DNA from: an uncultured Lentisphaerales bacterium
GTDB lineage: Bacteria > Verrucomicrobiota > Lentisphaeria > JABSQK01 > UBA12247
Reading direction: 5' to 3'
Length of the DNA stretch: 56,855 nt
NCBI GenBank assembly: GCA_943788985.1
Contig: CALSSJ010000029.1
Span: 1 to 56,855, forward strand
The position numbers and the translations under genes are program-made. Under the pieces are notes generated by a model that worked only from the letters and a program-made list of their open reading frames with translations, was not told the DNA's origin and did no database searches. Below, piece after piece: positions 20,905-29,937 of this stretch. Numbering within the stretch: position 1 is the first letter of the stretch; every line of letters begins with the position of its first letter.

Positions 20905-21914
20905 TCTTCCGACTCGCCTGAGTGATCTGCACCCGCAAAGCCACCCGCTGGGACCGTGCCGCCGAGAGCACGCGCAATCGTAGTCACATTGTGCGCAATC
21001 ATCCCGACATAGGTGCCCTCATACGTGCCCGGTGCGCCCATTGCGTCCGAGAACAACTCGCCGCCGATCTTGACATCATGCCCCTTCGCGTGGGCCCCCT
21101 CCTGGAGGGCCTTTATGTTTTCGTCTGACACACTGGATTCCACAAAGATCGCGGAGATCTTGCGGGCCACCAGCATATCGACCAGCTTATTGATCTGGTG
21201 CAAGCCCGCTTCTGATTCGGTGGAGATGCCCTGGATGGCCAAGACCTCGACGCCATAGGCTCGGCCAAAGTAGCCAAAAGCATCGTGCGCAGTGACCAGC
21301 ACTCGGTTTTCCGCCGGGACGGTATCCACAACCGCCTTGGCATACGCGTCCAAGGCTGAAAGTTCAGCGACGTAGGTGGCAAGGTTGGCATCGTACTCGG
21401 CAGCATGGGCCGGATCGTATGCTTTGAGAATGGTGGCAGTGTGGCGAGCCACCTCCTGCCAGATTTTAACGTCCATCCAGACGTGCGGATCGGGATGCGC
21501 TTCACCGGCAGGGTGCAGCAGTGTCTCGTGGTCGAGGCTGTCGCAGACCCCATGCACAGGCTTGTTCTCCGCCAGGCCCTTGACCGCCTGAATCACCTTA
21601 CCCTCGAGGTAGAGACCACTGTAAAGAATGACATCCGCAGCATCGAAGGCGACGACATCGTCACGACTCGGCGAGAACAAATGTGGGTCGGAGCCCTCAC
21701 CAATCAGGTTCTCGACCGCCGCGTGCTTACCGGCGATCGCGGCCGCGGCGTCCTTGACCATGCCGGTCGTCACCACGATCCGGTACGCCTTGTCACTTTG
21801 GGCCTCGGTTGAGGGCTTAGTGCTTGAAGACTCACCGCAACCGCAGAGCAGCGTGAGTAGCGAAAGCCCGAGTATACAATGGATAAATTGTGCTCGAACC
21901 ATGAGCGTTACCAT
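20901..21914 (-). CDS. troA: Metal ABC transporter substrate-binding lipoprotein
   Basis: Lipobox-like LLCGC, DPHLF, DPHVWMD, TAHDAFGYFG, ESSVS, LFSDAMG. Confidence 0.93.
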   Translation of the reverse strand: MVTLMVRAQFIHCILGLSLLTLLCGCGESSSTKPSTEAQSDKAYRIVVTTGMVKDAAAAIAGKHAAVENLIGEGSDPHLFSPSRDDVVAFDAADVILYSGLYLEGKVIQAVKGLAENKPVHGVCDSLDHETLLHPAGEAHPDPHVWMDVKIWQEVARHTATILKAYDPAHAAEYDANLATYVAELSALDAYAKAVVDTVPAENRVLVTAHDAFGYFGRAYGVEVLAIQGISTESEAGLHQINKLVDMLVARKISAIFVESSVSDENIKALQEGAHAKGHDVKIGGELFSDAMGAPGTYEGTYVGMIAHNVTTIARALGGTVPAGGFAGADHSGESEE

Positions 21915-21922
21915 TCAATAAA

Positions 21923-21938
21923 TTTAGTCTTGACTAAA
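21923..21938. promoter_or_regulatory. Palindromic operator, probable DtxR/TroR-type metal repressor site
   Basis: TTTAGTC-TT-GACTAAA, a perfect 7-2-7 palindrome between the promoter and the troA start. Confidence 0.7.
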
Positions 21939-21945
21939 AGGTTTA

Positions 21946-21974
21946 AACGTATCGCCGAATTATGTGCTGTGCAA
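21946..21974 (-). promoter_or_regulatory. Sigma70-type promoter of the tro operon
   Basis: Minus strand TTGCAC-N17-TACGTT. Confidence 0.55.
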
Positions 21975-22029
21975 TGCGGATTGTGAATTCGCAGTTTGAC
22001 CCATCGTGAAGTTGGGTCAGAGCGTATCT

Positions 22030-22272
22030 ATGTATTCGTTAAGTCCGGATTCCACCGTGAGATATCTACGAGTTCTATTGGCTGGGGTTGCTTGCTTTGG
22101 CGCATCCCGGGCAGCTGATGAGGTGTGGCTGGAAGTGGTGCGAGAAGAGCTCTCACGGCAGGTGTATGCCCGCGGCTGGTCGTTTCGTAACGAGCTGGCC
22201 CCGCTATACTTTGAGTGTGCCGATGTCTACATCCGACTGGCTGAAGTCACCGGCTACAGGTCATCGAACTAA
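22030..22272 (+). CDS. Small hypothetical protein
   Basis: 80-codon ORF divergent from troA; no motif recognised. Confidence 0.3.
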   Translation: MYSLSPDSTVRYLRVLLAGVACFGASRAADEVWLEVVREELSRQVYARGWSFRNELAPLYFECADVYIRLAEVTGYRSSN

Positions 22273-22332
22273 CGGGAGAGAGTCAGCGCCTAACCGACAA
22301 AAAATAGTCAAAAAGTAAAGCACTGAGGAATT

Positions 22333-22433
22333 TGACCGTAAGCGCCCCCATCGGGGCAGCCGTTGCCCCGGAGGTTCAGCCCCCGTCTCTGGATCGACAG
22401 CTTCCTCCAACGCTTAGCTCCCTTCAGGGTCTA
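22333..22433 (-). ncRNA. Putative structured RNA of unknown family
   Basis: Nested stems GACC/GGTC, TAAGCG/CGCTTA (extends by G-U on the minus strand), GGAGG/CCTCC, CGGGGCA/TGCCCCG, CCCT/AGGG; T-rich tract downstream on the minus strand. Confidence 0.5.
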
Positions 22434-22580
22434 GGCAACTTATACTTCCGCCAGCAACTCCGAGCCCAAAGAGTCTTTCCCGCCCAGAACCCTCAAAACC
22501 AAGGTGGTCCCCCTGTCAATGCAAAAAGTGGCCCCCTTTTACTTGCAAATTTACAACCTAAGGTAACGGGTCGGCTCACC

Positions 22581-22613
22581 TCCATCAGTATCCATCGGTG
22601 TTCATCGGTGGTT
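22581..22613. repeat. 10-nt-period short tandem repeat (solo arm)
   Basis: TCCATCAGTA TCCATCGGTG TTCATCGGTG GTT; related copy at 53671-53700. Confidence 0.55.
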
Positions 22614-23065
22614 GCGCTCTTACCAGTCAACGCTTTCGGACACCGGCCGGTGGGATGCCAGGTGATGGCTGCCAGAGTCTGCCTACCTACTTGGGACAGT
22701 GGGCGCAACCGGTGGACGACTGCAACATCCAATGCAAGCTCCGAGATGCACTCAGCCATGTCCACTCCTCGGGCGGGCAGCCCTTCCAGTTAACCACTAT
22801 TCTAAACGTGTCATCTCCGGCGCCGAGAAGAGCATCCGTAAAGACCGACATTGCCATCCATGGCATCGACCTTGCCTACTCCAGCTTAATCCGCAAAAAA
22901 ACGAGTGGCAAGCCGTTAACTCCCGCCCGATCCGTCTCCCAGCCATTCAGCCCAGCAACTAATTCGCAGCACAACTCCGGGGCTATATCAGCAGTCTCGC
23001 CCGAATTACCCGGACTTCCTTGCCAGTATTTTGGCGGAAGGAGGACGGCGCTTGGCGACAACTGC

Positions 23066-23205
23066 ATGCGGCTGATCTTGGCCCCGCTTGCAGCTGACGA
23101 TTTGACCGCAATATGGCTTGGAATCGCAGATGATTGCTGAAATACGGCAACAGCTTTTGTTTCAGCTTCGCACCAACGTCGTGGAGCAACTCGCCGAGTT
23201 TCCGC
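23066..23205 (+). pseudogene. ParE/RelE-family toxin N-terminal remnant
   Basis: MRLILAPLAADDLTAIWLGIADDC*NTATAFV then, after a frameshift, QLRTNVVEQLAEFP; matches the ParE pattern AxxDLxxIxxxIAxD...LAEFP. Confidence 0.55.
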
Positions 23206-23431
23206 CTCTTCTTTTCCTTCTTCTCCGCGCCTCCGTGATGAACTCCGGATTCCCGATCTTCCTAGTCCAATTCTGCCTCGTCCAGATAGCACTGGGCTAG
23301 AAACTGGGCAACCGGACTGTGTTCGGTTCGATAGGAGTTGGGACGGCCTCCACGATGAGGGCAGCGACGGCGCAAGGCCTGCTGATGGGGTTGTCCTTCC
23401 GGATTTCACGACCTGCTACACTACTAGAGGT

Positions 23432-23529
23432 CACAGAGGAACGGAGAAGAGCCTGAGAGGAGGTCCTGCAGACGCCGAAACTCCTTGTTCTTCTTTCGTT
23501 CTTCTCAGTGCCTCAGTACCTCCGTGGTA
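23432..23529. repeat. Degenerate inverted repeat of 8-nt CACGGAGG-type units
   Basis: CACAGAGGAACGGAG... / CTCAGTGC CTCAGTAC CTCCGTGGTA; same family as 53524-53608. Confidence 0.55.
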
Positions 23530-23592
23530 AGACCGGGAGTGCGGTGCCACAGAGTGGGCAAGGTTAAGCTGTTATTTCCTACTTGCAGCGCT

Positions 23593-23771
23593 TCAGTCAA
23601 CCCCGAGCTGTTGCCGTATCAGTCGACAAAGTGACTCTTTGACCTCCGAGTGCCTGGGGATGGGGCGCTCTTTCCGCTGCTCGGATTCTCCCAGAGATCG
23701 TGGCGCTTTCCGTGCCGCTGCAGCCGACAGCCTTCGGCGCTGAGGCGCTTCAGGGACGCTCCTCGCTTCAA
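23593..23771 (-). pseudogene. hicA: HicA-family toxin (frameshift in a C-run)
   Basis: MKRGASLKRLSAEGCRLQRHGKRHDLWENPSSGKSAP / IPRHSEVKESLCRLIRQQLGVD; TTG start overlaps the hicB stop. Confidence 0.8.
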
Positions 23772-23974
23772 ACCTCCAGCTCCAACTCCTCCATCGTCCC
23801 ATCAGAAGTCGCTGGCTCCGGCGCGTCAGCGAGCACGAGCCCAAGGGCATCCTGGATGTTGCTCCGAAGTTCGATAAGGGTTTCTCCCTAGCTGAATATA
23901 CCCGGGACTTCTCGCAGGCGCCCGACGTACCAATCATCGTCCAACCGATAGTCCAGCGTGAACAGACGCTTCAT
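23768..23974 (-). pseudogene. hicB: HicB-family antitoxin (in-frame TAG at 23888-23890)
   Basis: MKRLFTLDYRLDDDWYVGRLREVPGIFS*GETLIELRSNIQDALGLVL...; the stop replaces Q of the SQGET motif. Confidence 0.82.
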
Positions 23975-24125
23975 TGAATCAGCTCACAGGTTTCCCAGCA
24001 TAACAGGAGTTCATCCGACACCGATTGCGCAGCTGCATCGCTTACCGTAAGGGAAAATCTCGCACCTTTCAAGTCGCAGTTGCGGACGTTTACAAGTGGA
24101 GCTGGGTGGACGGTGTCCACGCGGA

Positions 24126-24977
24126 TCACAAGCCGATTGGGTGCCAGGTGGTCTTGATCTCTTGGAAGGCGAGAATGGGCTGCGGGCCAGCGGCAGCGCC
24201 GGAAGTGCTGAACACAAACCGCTTGAGGTTGTCCTCGTCCAAGCTGCGGACTTCGCACTGCTCCTCAGTAGAGCTGTCCCAGACCGAGAGGGCGTTGACG
24301 TCCATGTGGACTTTGAGGTGTGGCAGCAATTCGCTGCGGTCGCCAGTGAGCATGTTGACAACGCCAGCAGGCAGGTCGCTGGTGGCGAGCGCTTCGGCCA
24401 GCGAAATGGCGCAGAGGGGCGATGGCCCGGAGGCAATGACGACGGCGGTGTTGCCGCCAGCAATGACGGGGAGCAAGGCAGAGAGCAGCCCTAGAAAGCC
24501 TTGGGCAGGCGGACAGACGACGCCGACGACGCCGATGGGCTCAGGGACGGAGAAGTTGAAATGGGGGGAGGAGACTGGGTTCACAGTGGCCGCAATCTGC
24601 TGGAACTTGTCGGTCCAGCCCGCGTAGTATACGATGCGGTCGATCCCGGTACGAACTTCTTCTTGCGCAGTTTTAGTGGAGACTTCGCCGGTGGCGGTCA
24701 ACTCCCGCACTATCTGCTCTTGGCGGTCTTCAAGCATTTCTGAGAGCCGGTAGAGGATCTGGCCCCGCAGGAAGGGGGTGGCTTTGGCCCAGGCTCCGGT
24801 GGCTGCACGAGCGGCCTGGACGGCCTGACGGAGGTCTTTGCGGCTGGCGAGACTGACGTTTGCCACGAGGTCTCCTGTCTTGGTGCGCAATGGGAAATAT
24901 CGTCCGGACTCGGTGCGGGGAAATTTGCCGCCAATATAGAGTTTATAGGTCTTAAGGACTGGGAGGCGATCGCTCAT
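24126..24977 (-). CDS. Short aldehyde dehydrogenase-family protein (NAD-binding part only)
   Basis: KTYKLYIGGKFPRTESGR, YYAGWTDK, EPIGVVG, GVVNMLTG, EIKTTWHPIG; no ELGGK or catalytic Cys segment. Confidence 0.88.
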   Translation of the reverse strand: MSDRLPVLKTYKLYIGGKFPRTESGRYFPLRTKTGDLVANVSLASRKDLRQAVQAARAATGAWAKATPFLRGQILYRLSEMLEDRQEQIVRELTATGEVSTKTAQEEVRTGIDRIVYYAGWTDKFQQIAATVNPVSSPHFNFSVPEPIGVVGVVCPPAQGFLGLLSALLPVIAGGNTAVVIASGPSPLCAISLAEALATSDLPAGVVNMLTGDRSELLPHLKVHMDVNALSVWDSSTEEQCEVRSLDEDNLKRFVFSTSGAAAGPQPILAFQEIKTTWHPIGL

Positions 24978-24980
24978 GGG

Positions 24981-26468
24981 TCAGCCTCCAACCTTAAGAT
25001 AGGCACGGAGCCCGTGGAGGCCACCTTCGCGGCCAATGCCACTTTCTTTGTAGCCACCAAATGGTGAGGCTGGGTCGAAGCGATTGAAGGTGTTGGCCCA
25101 GACGACACCTGCCTGGAGCTTGGTGGTGATGGAGAAAATCTTGCTGCCCTTGCTGGTCCAGACGCCGGCGGAAAGGCCGTACGGAGTGTTGTTAGCCTTG
25201 GCTACGGCCTCTTCGGGCGTGCGGAAGGTCTGGATGGTGAGCACGGGACCGAAAATTTCGTCTTGGACGATGCGGTGGCTCTGGGCCACACCGGTAAAGA
25301 TGGTGGGGGCCATGAATAGACCGCGCTCAGGCAGCTGGGATTGGGGCTGGTAGAGGCAGGCTCCCTCGGCTACCCCGGCATCGATAAGTGTCTGAATGCG
25401 CTCGAACTGGGCCCGCGAGTTGATGGCGCCGACGTCGGTGTTTTTGTCTAGCGGGTTGCCAACGATCAAGGTCTCCATGCGACGCTTGAGCTTCTCGATG
25501 ACGATCTGCTCGACGCTTTCTTCGACGAGGAGTCGTGACCCGGCACAACAGACGTGACCCTGGTTGAAGAAGATGCCGTTTACGATGCTTTCGACGGCTT
25601 GGTCGATGGGGGCATCTGCAAAGATGATGTGTGCGGCTTTGCCGCCTAACTCGAGGGTGATGGGCTTGCCGCTGGGGGCGACTTGCCTGCGGATGAGCTT
25701 GCCAACGCCGGTGGAGCCAGTGAAGGCGATCTTGTCGACATCGGGATGGCTGACCAAGGCACGCCCGGTCTCGCCGGCGCCGGGGATGATGTTTACAACC
25801 CCGGGGGGGAGCCCGGCGTCTTGAAACAGCTCGGCGAGCTTGAGGGCGGTGAGTGGCGTGGTCTCTGCGGGTTTGAGCACGACGGTGTTGCCACAGGCAA
25901 GCGCTGGTGCAATCTTCCAGGCGGCCATGAGCAGCGGAAAGTTCCAGGGAATGATCTGGGCGGCGACGCCGTGTGGCGCGAAGGACTGGTTGGGAAAGGC
26001 GTATTCGAGCTTGTCAGTCCAGCCTGCGTGGTGAAAGAAATGAGCACAGACGAGCGGCAGATCGACATCGCGAGACTCGCGAATGGGCTTGCCACCATCC
26101 ATGGTTTCAATGATGGCGAATTCTCTGGCGCGTTCTTGGAGCAGGCGGGCGATGCGAAAGAGGTATTTTCCGCGTTCGGCGCCGCTGAGCCGGGACCAAG
26201 TGGTGTCGTATGCCTTGCGGGCGGCCTGGACGGCGAGGTCGACATCTGCTTCGCCAGCTTCGGCGACGGAGGCGATGGTTTCCTCAGTAGCCGGATTGGT
26301 GGTGGCGAAGTGTTTGCCTGATTGCGGGGCGCAAAACTCACCGTCGATGAAGAGGCCGTATTCGTCTTTGATGGAGACGGGCGAGGTCTCGGGAGCCGGT
26401 GCGTAGGTCTCGTCGTCAACGAACGCGGCGAAGGGCGTCTGTTCTGGGGCTTTGTCGTTTTTACGCAT
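24981..26468 (-). CDS. Aldehyde dehydrogenase
   Basis: [54 protein letters not shown]. Confidence 0.95.
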   Translation of the reverse strand: MRKNDKAPEQTPFAAFVDDETYAPAPETSPVSIKDEYGLFIDGEFCAPQSGKHFATTNPATEETIASVAEAGEADVDLAVQAARKAYDTTWSRLSGAERGKYLFRIARLLQERAREFAIIETMDGGKPIRESRDVDLPLVCAHFFHHAGWTDKLEYAFPNQSFAPHGVAAQIIPWNFPLLMAAWKIAPALACGNTVVLKPAETTPLTALKLAELFQDAGLPPGVVNIIPGAGETGRALVSHPDVDKIAFTGSTGVGKLIRRQVAPSGKPITLELGGKAAHIIFADAPIDQAVESIVNGIFFNQGHVCCAGSRLLVEESVEQIVIEKLKRRMETLIVGNPLDKNTDVGAINSRAQFERIQTLIDAGVAEGACLYQPQSQLPERGLFMAPTIFTGVAQSHRIVQDEIFGPVLTIQTFRTPEEAVAKANNTPYGLSAGVWTSKGSKIFSITTKLQAGVVWANTFNRFDPASPFGGYKESGIGREGGLHGLRAYLKVGG

Positions 26469-27358
26469 CAGTCGTTGGAGAAATAGATGGGGGATTGATA
26501 GGCGCCGGTGGCCTGCTTGCGAAGTTGCATCAACAGATCATTGGCCAGAGAGCTGGCACCGAAGCGAAACATGTCTGGCGTGAGCCATTCGGGGCCAAGG
26601 GTTTCTTTGAGCATGACCAGATACTGAATGGCGGTTTTGGAGTCGCGGATCCCACCAGCGGGCTTCATGCCGATCTTCTTGCCGGTCTCCCGGTAGTAGT
26701 CGGCGATGGCCAGCAACATGACGAGGGTGAACTCGAGAGTGGCAGCTGGGGAAACTTTTCCGGTGCTGGTCTTGATGAAGTCAGCACCGGCACGCATCGC
26801 TAGGTCACTGGCAAAGCGCACGTTGTCCAAGGTCACGAGCTCTCCGGTTTCCAGGATCACTTTCAGATGGGCAGTGGCGCAGGCTTCTTTGAAGGTGGCA
26901 ATCTCGTCGCTGATGGCGTGGTATTCGCCAGCGAGGAATTTGCCGCGTGAGATGACCATGTCGATCTCGTCGGCGCCTTCAGCTACGGCGTAGCGGACGT
27001 CTGCGATTCTGGTCTTGAGGTCTGACATGCCGCTGGGAAAGGAGGTGGCGACAGAAGCAACGTGAATGGACGTGCCGGCCAATGCCTTCCGGGCGACAGC
27101 TACCATGGTCGGGTAAACGCAAACGGCGGCGACCATCGGTAGTTCGGGGTGCGCAGGGTCCGGGCAGCGTGCTTTGGCGCACAGCTGACGCACTTTCCCG
27201 GGGGAGTCGCTCCCTTCGAGGGTGGTCAGGTCGATCATGGACATGGTCAGTTTCAAGGCGGCGATCTTGGACGCGTTCTTGATACTGCGAGTCTTGAAAC
27301 GGGCGGCGCGCTCGGCGACGCCGACCTCATCGATAATGACTGGCATGGGCTGGTTCAT
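26468..27358 (-). CDS. deoC: Deoxyribose-phosphate aldolase
   Basis: IDLTTLEG, AAVCVYP, ADEIDMV, LKVILETGEL, ADFIKTSTGK, KPAGGI, RFGASSL. Confidence 0.96.
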   Translation of the reverse strand: MNQPMPVIIDEVGVAERAARFKTRSIKNASKIAALKLTMSMIDLTTLEGSDSPGKVRQLCAKARCPDPAHPELPMVAAVCVYPTMVAVARKALAGTSIHVASVATSFPSGMSDLKTRIADVRYAVAEGADEIDMVISRGKFLAGEYHAISDEIATFKEACATAHLKVILETGELVTLDNVRFASDLAMRAGADFIKTSTGKVSPAATLEFTLVMLLAIADYYRETGKKIGMKPAGGIRDSKTAIQYLVMLKETLGPEWLTPDMFRFGASSLANDLLMQLRKQATGAYQSPIYFSND

Positions 27359-27407
27359 TGTCCCGCAATCTGCGGGATGGACTGGAGCACGTCAAGCAGC
27401 GAACAGC

Positions 27408-28049
27408 TCATTGGGCTTTGATGGAGGTGAGGTTTTCATCATAGTCGCCGATCGCGTAGGCGATATCTATACCGCCTTCATCGGTAAATCCGGGGGACCA
27501 GCCGACTTCATAGCCCATGGCTAGCAGGTACTCGCGCACTTCGCGCAGGGCGGCGAAATCTTCGGGCCAGGCGCGCAGCGAGATAAAGAACCGGTCTTTG
27601 GGCAGGCGCGCCACGGTCTCATCCAAAAAGCGGGTAAGCTCGACGACGTTTTTGACGGGGACGCCGCCGTCAGGCAGCAGGCGGTAACTAAAGCGAAAGC
27701 CGGTGAACAACGGCGCGAGCTGGATCTCTCCCCAGACTCCGCCTTCAGTGAGGTCCAGCGTCTCAAGGATTTTCCCCGTCTTGGAGTGCTCGGCGACCGC
27801 TTTTAGCAGCTGCTCCTGGGGAAGCTTGTAGCACTTGCCGTGACGCAGACAGAGGGTGAACGAGCTTTTCTCTGGTATATAGGGCATTGGAAAGGCGATC
27901 GGCTTGGCGGTGGTAGCCTGTGGCTGTTGGCCTTCCTTATTATGTTGCATCAATACGGCCATACAGGCGAACATGATCATCATCCCGCCCATGTTGGAGA
28001 TGATGTCTACCAAGGCACTGAAGTCGATTTTGATGTCACTGGTCTGCAC
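27408..28049 (-). CDS. ExbD/TolR-like single-TM protein
   Basis: GTG start after GAGGAG; N-terminal DFSALVDIISNMGGMMIMFAC helix with Asp; C-terminal GYEVGWSP. Confidence 0.5.
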   Translation of the reverse strand: MQTSDIKIDFSALVDIISNMGGMMIMFACMAVLMQHNKEGQQPQATTAKPIAFPMPYIPEKSSFTLCLRHGKCYKLPQEQLLKAVAEHSKTGKILETLDLTEGGVWGEIQLAPLFTGFRFSYRLLPDGGVPVKNVVELTRFLDETVARLPKDRFFISLRAWPEDFAALREVREYLLAMGYEVGWSPGFTDEGGIDIAYAIGDYDENLTSIKAQ

Positions 28050-28572
28050 GGTAGATCTCCTCACCGGGAAAAATGGGCAGCATCCCGACTCTGAGGGGGA
28101 GTTTCCAGCGGTCAATGAGATAGCGAAGGGTCAATGCCATCCGGCCACCGTCGGGCTCGACCCAGATGATCAGGGTGTTCTGCTGGTTACTGTAGCTAAG
28201 TTCACGGTTCTCAAACGTCTTATCGACCAGCAACTGCCGAAACTGAATGGCGCTGACGACATCGCTGCTGAAGAGACTTTCTCCTTGAAGCATGCCGACA
28301 ATACCGGTTTCGCCAAAGTAGCTCCAAGTGCCGTCAGAGCGCTGCCAGAGGACTTGTTCCTGGCTACAGCGCACATTGAAGGCACGAAACCCGGCTGGGA
28401 TGCCCACCATCTCGACGCCCTTGATATCCTGCTTGTCGGCTCGCGCTTCGACGGTGAGCGCAAGGCTAATGAGCGCCATGACGCTGAGCATTCCCAGCAT
28501 GATGGAGAGGAAGGGCAGCGCGGGTAGTTCGAACCAGTTGGCTGTGTCTTGTCTTCTGCGTCGTCGGCTCAT
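28036..28572 (-). CDS. ExbD-like single-TM hypothetical protein
   Basis: MSRRRRR...LPFLSIMLGMLSVMALISLAL; C-terminal IWVEPDG...VGMLPI. Confidence 0.5.
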   Translation of the reverse strand: MSRRRRRQDTANWFELPALPFLSIMLGMLSVMALISLALTVEARADKQDIKGVEMVGIPAGFRAFNVRCSQEQVLWQRSDGTWSYFGETGIVGMLQGESLFSSDVVSAIQFRQLLVDKTFENRELSYSNQQNTLIIWVEPDGGRMALTLRYLIDRWKLPLRVGMLPIFPGEEIYRADQ

Positions 28573-28581
28573 GCGATTCCC

Positions 28582-29817
28582 CTAGCGCCAGGACATCTGC
28601 AGGAAGGCGAGCACTTCGCTGGCAACCAGGCTGGCACTTGGGCGCTGGCCAGGCTTTTTAGCTAACATGCGCATCAGCAATGTCGCGAGCGGGATCGGCA
28701 GTGACGGTTGAATCGCTGTCGGGGACAAGGGTTCCTCGTATTGGACGGCACGCGCTGTGGACTCTGAGTCGTCCCGCAAGAAGGGGTGAATCCCGAGCCA
28801 GAGTTCGTAGGCGACGACGCCAAGAGAGAAGACGTCTGAGCGGTCGCTCACGGTCGTGGCGTGAAACGCCTCTGGCGCACGGTAAGGAACGGTGCCCCTG
28901 ACCCCAAAGCCCTGTCGGGTACCGCTCATATCCTCGACCGCGCCAAAATCTGTGAGTTTCGCCTCCCCAGTTCGCGTCAGGAGAATGTTCTCTGGCTTCA
29001 CATCGCGGTGACAGACATCGGCCGCGTGCAGGGCGGCCAGCGCATCTGCGAGATCGCCGATCATGCGCACCTTCACGGGAAGAGGCCGGCTCCGGCCGGC
29101 CATTTCCTCGTGGAGTGGGCGCCCGTCTACACGCTCATAAAGGATGAATGGGACAACCGGACGGCCGCCGAGGCCATATTCCAGGGCGCGCACGATGTTT
29201 GGATGGCGAATGGACATCGCTACTTCTCCTTCCTGAATGAAGCGAGGCACCAGGTTCTCTATTCGCGGCGCGCGCCCATCCTCGGGGCGGCGCAGCACTT
29301 TCATCGCGTAAAATTTTCCGGTCCGTTTATCGCAAACTTCGAAGACGACGCCAAAGGCACCGTAGCCAAGAACCCGCTCGAGTTGGTAGCCAGCGATTGA
29401 ATGGCCGATGCGTTCAGCGGCCACGACCAGCGGATTGAAGGGAGGGGGAAAGGTGCCGCCAAGCATTCCCTCTACGCGCTGACGAATCGCGTTGGGTGGC
29501 GCGCTCTTCATCAGACAGTCAACCACTCCAGCGAGCATGCAGTCTGCGGCCACATAGACGGATTCCTCGTTGGTAACGACCAGCAGCGGGGTTTCTGGAT
29601 GACAATTGCGGAGTCCGCGAATCAGCTGGGCACCGTTGCAGCCGGGCAAGGCGACGTCCACGACCATAAACATGTAGGTGACCTCGCTCAGAAGCTCGTG
29701 AGCTTCGGCTGCGGTCCATACGTGATCAATCGCCAAGCCGGGAATCCTGCGAATCGCATCGTAGGTAACCGTCTCGTGGTCTATCAGCAGGATTCGTGCG
29801 GCAATGTGTGTGGGCAT
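28582..29817 (-). CDS. Receiver domain fused to a Hanks-type Ser/Thr kinase
   Basis: REC: ILLIDH, VDVALPGCNG, CLMK; kinase: LGYGAFGVV, AMKVL, HRDVKPEN, TDFG, GTVPYRAPE, DVFSLG. Confidence 0.9.
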   Translation of the reverse strand: MPTHIAARILLIDHETVTYDAIRRIPGLAIDHVWTAAEAHELLSEVTYMFMVVDVALPGCNGAQLIRGLRNCHPETPLLVVTNEESVYVAADCMLAGVVDCLMKSAPPNAIRQRVEGMLGGTFPPPFNPLVVAAERIGHSIAGYQLERVLGYGAFGVVFEVCDKRTGKFYAMKVLRRPEDGRAPRIENLVPRFIQEGEVAMSIRHPNIVRALEYGLGGRPVVPFILYERVDGRPLHEEMAGRSRPLPVKVRMIGDLADALAALHAADVCHRDVKPENILLTRTGEAKLTDFGAVEDMSGTRQGFGVRGTVPYRAPEAFHATTVSDRSDVFSLGVVAYELWLGIHPFLRDDSESTARAVQYEEPLSPTAIQPSLPIPLATLLMRMLAKKPGQRPSASLVASEVLAFLQMSWR

Positions 29818-29937
29818 TGGTGGATGGCGCCGGTTCGAGGAGAAGGCCGTACGATACGGGCAGTATCCGAATAATCACATCACAGGCAGTGAAACAACGG
29901 GAGTGGTGGACAATTCACCACACGACCTCGAAACCGG

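Noticed and set aside
22333..22433. yybP-ykoY Mn riboswitch or twister-sister ribozyme
   Set aside because: Only superficial similarity; the conserved cores as I recall them are absent, so it is left unassigned.
22332..23409. Several 150-180 aa ORFs in the gene-poor patch
   Set aside because: Overlapping on both strands with no recognisable motifs apart from the ParE relic.
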